This document shows positions 63,873 through 64,000 of a stretch of 64,000 nucleotides of DNA, piece after piece (within the stretch, counting starts at the first letter, position 1; the number at the start of each line of letters is the position of its first letter). The stretch is from Podarcis filfolensis. Its lineage: Eukaryota. A program made the translations under genes and the position numbers. Location of the stretch: NCBI GenBank assembly GCA_964270895.1, contig OZ185440.1; one strand, written 5' to 3'. Under the pieces are notes generated by a model. That model did not search any database. It had not been told where the DNA came from and was given only the letters and a program-made list of their open reading frames with translations.

Positions 63873-64000
63873 TTTTGTATTTTTCTGTTTTTATTTTGTA
63901 ACCCACCCTGTGATCGTTGGATGAAGGACAGCAAAGAAAAGAAAAAAAGTAAGATCTGAGAACCCAAGAGTGTTTGTGGAATGTCTGGATGTTAAGGCAA

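Noticed and set aside
1-64000. CRISPR arrays, operons, defence or other prokaryotic systems
   Set aside because: No repeat-spacer arrays or dense intronless genes; the sequence is clearly intron-rich vertebrate DNA.

Overview
Vertebrate genomic DNA from a squamate, probably a lacertid lizard judging by its SINEs; not prokaryotic, and no CRISPR or operon content. The window is dominated by the 3' three-quarters of NAV1 (neuron navigator 1) on the minus strand. I reconstructed 27 coding exons by hand between 61492 and 33136. All have GT-AG boundaries and consistent phases, total 4384 nt (about 1460 aa plus stop), and include a 9-nt and a 24-nt microexon that the ORF track misses. An inferred ~8 kb 3' UTR follows, carrying many miR-29 seed matches and a twice-repeated miR-29/miR-124 module. 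Further downstream are ~18 kb of intergenic DNA (CR1, L2, SINEs, hAT MITEs, a CTCF motif) and a CpG-rich minus-strand promoter/first exon of an unidentified gene near 5.3-5.5 kb. Nearly all other ORFs in the track are spurious or antisense shadows. I found no evidence for a wholly new biological system. The best leads are post-transcriptional controls on NAV1 and small mobile-element oddities. Comparisons with human NAV1 come from my recollection of that sequence, not from an alignment.
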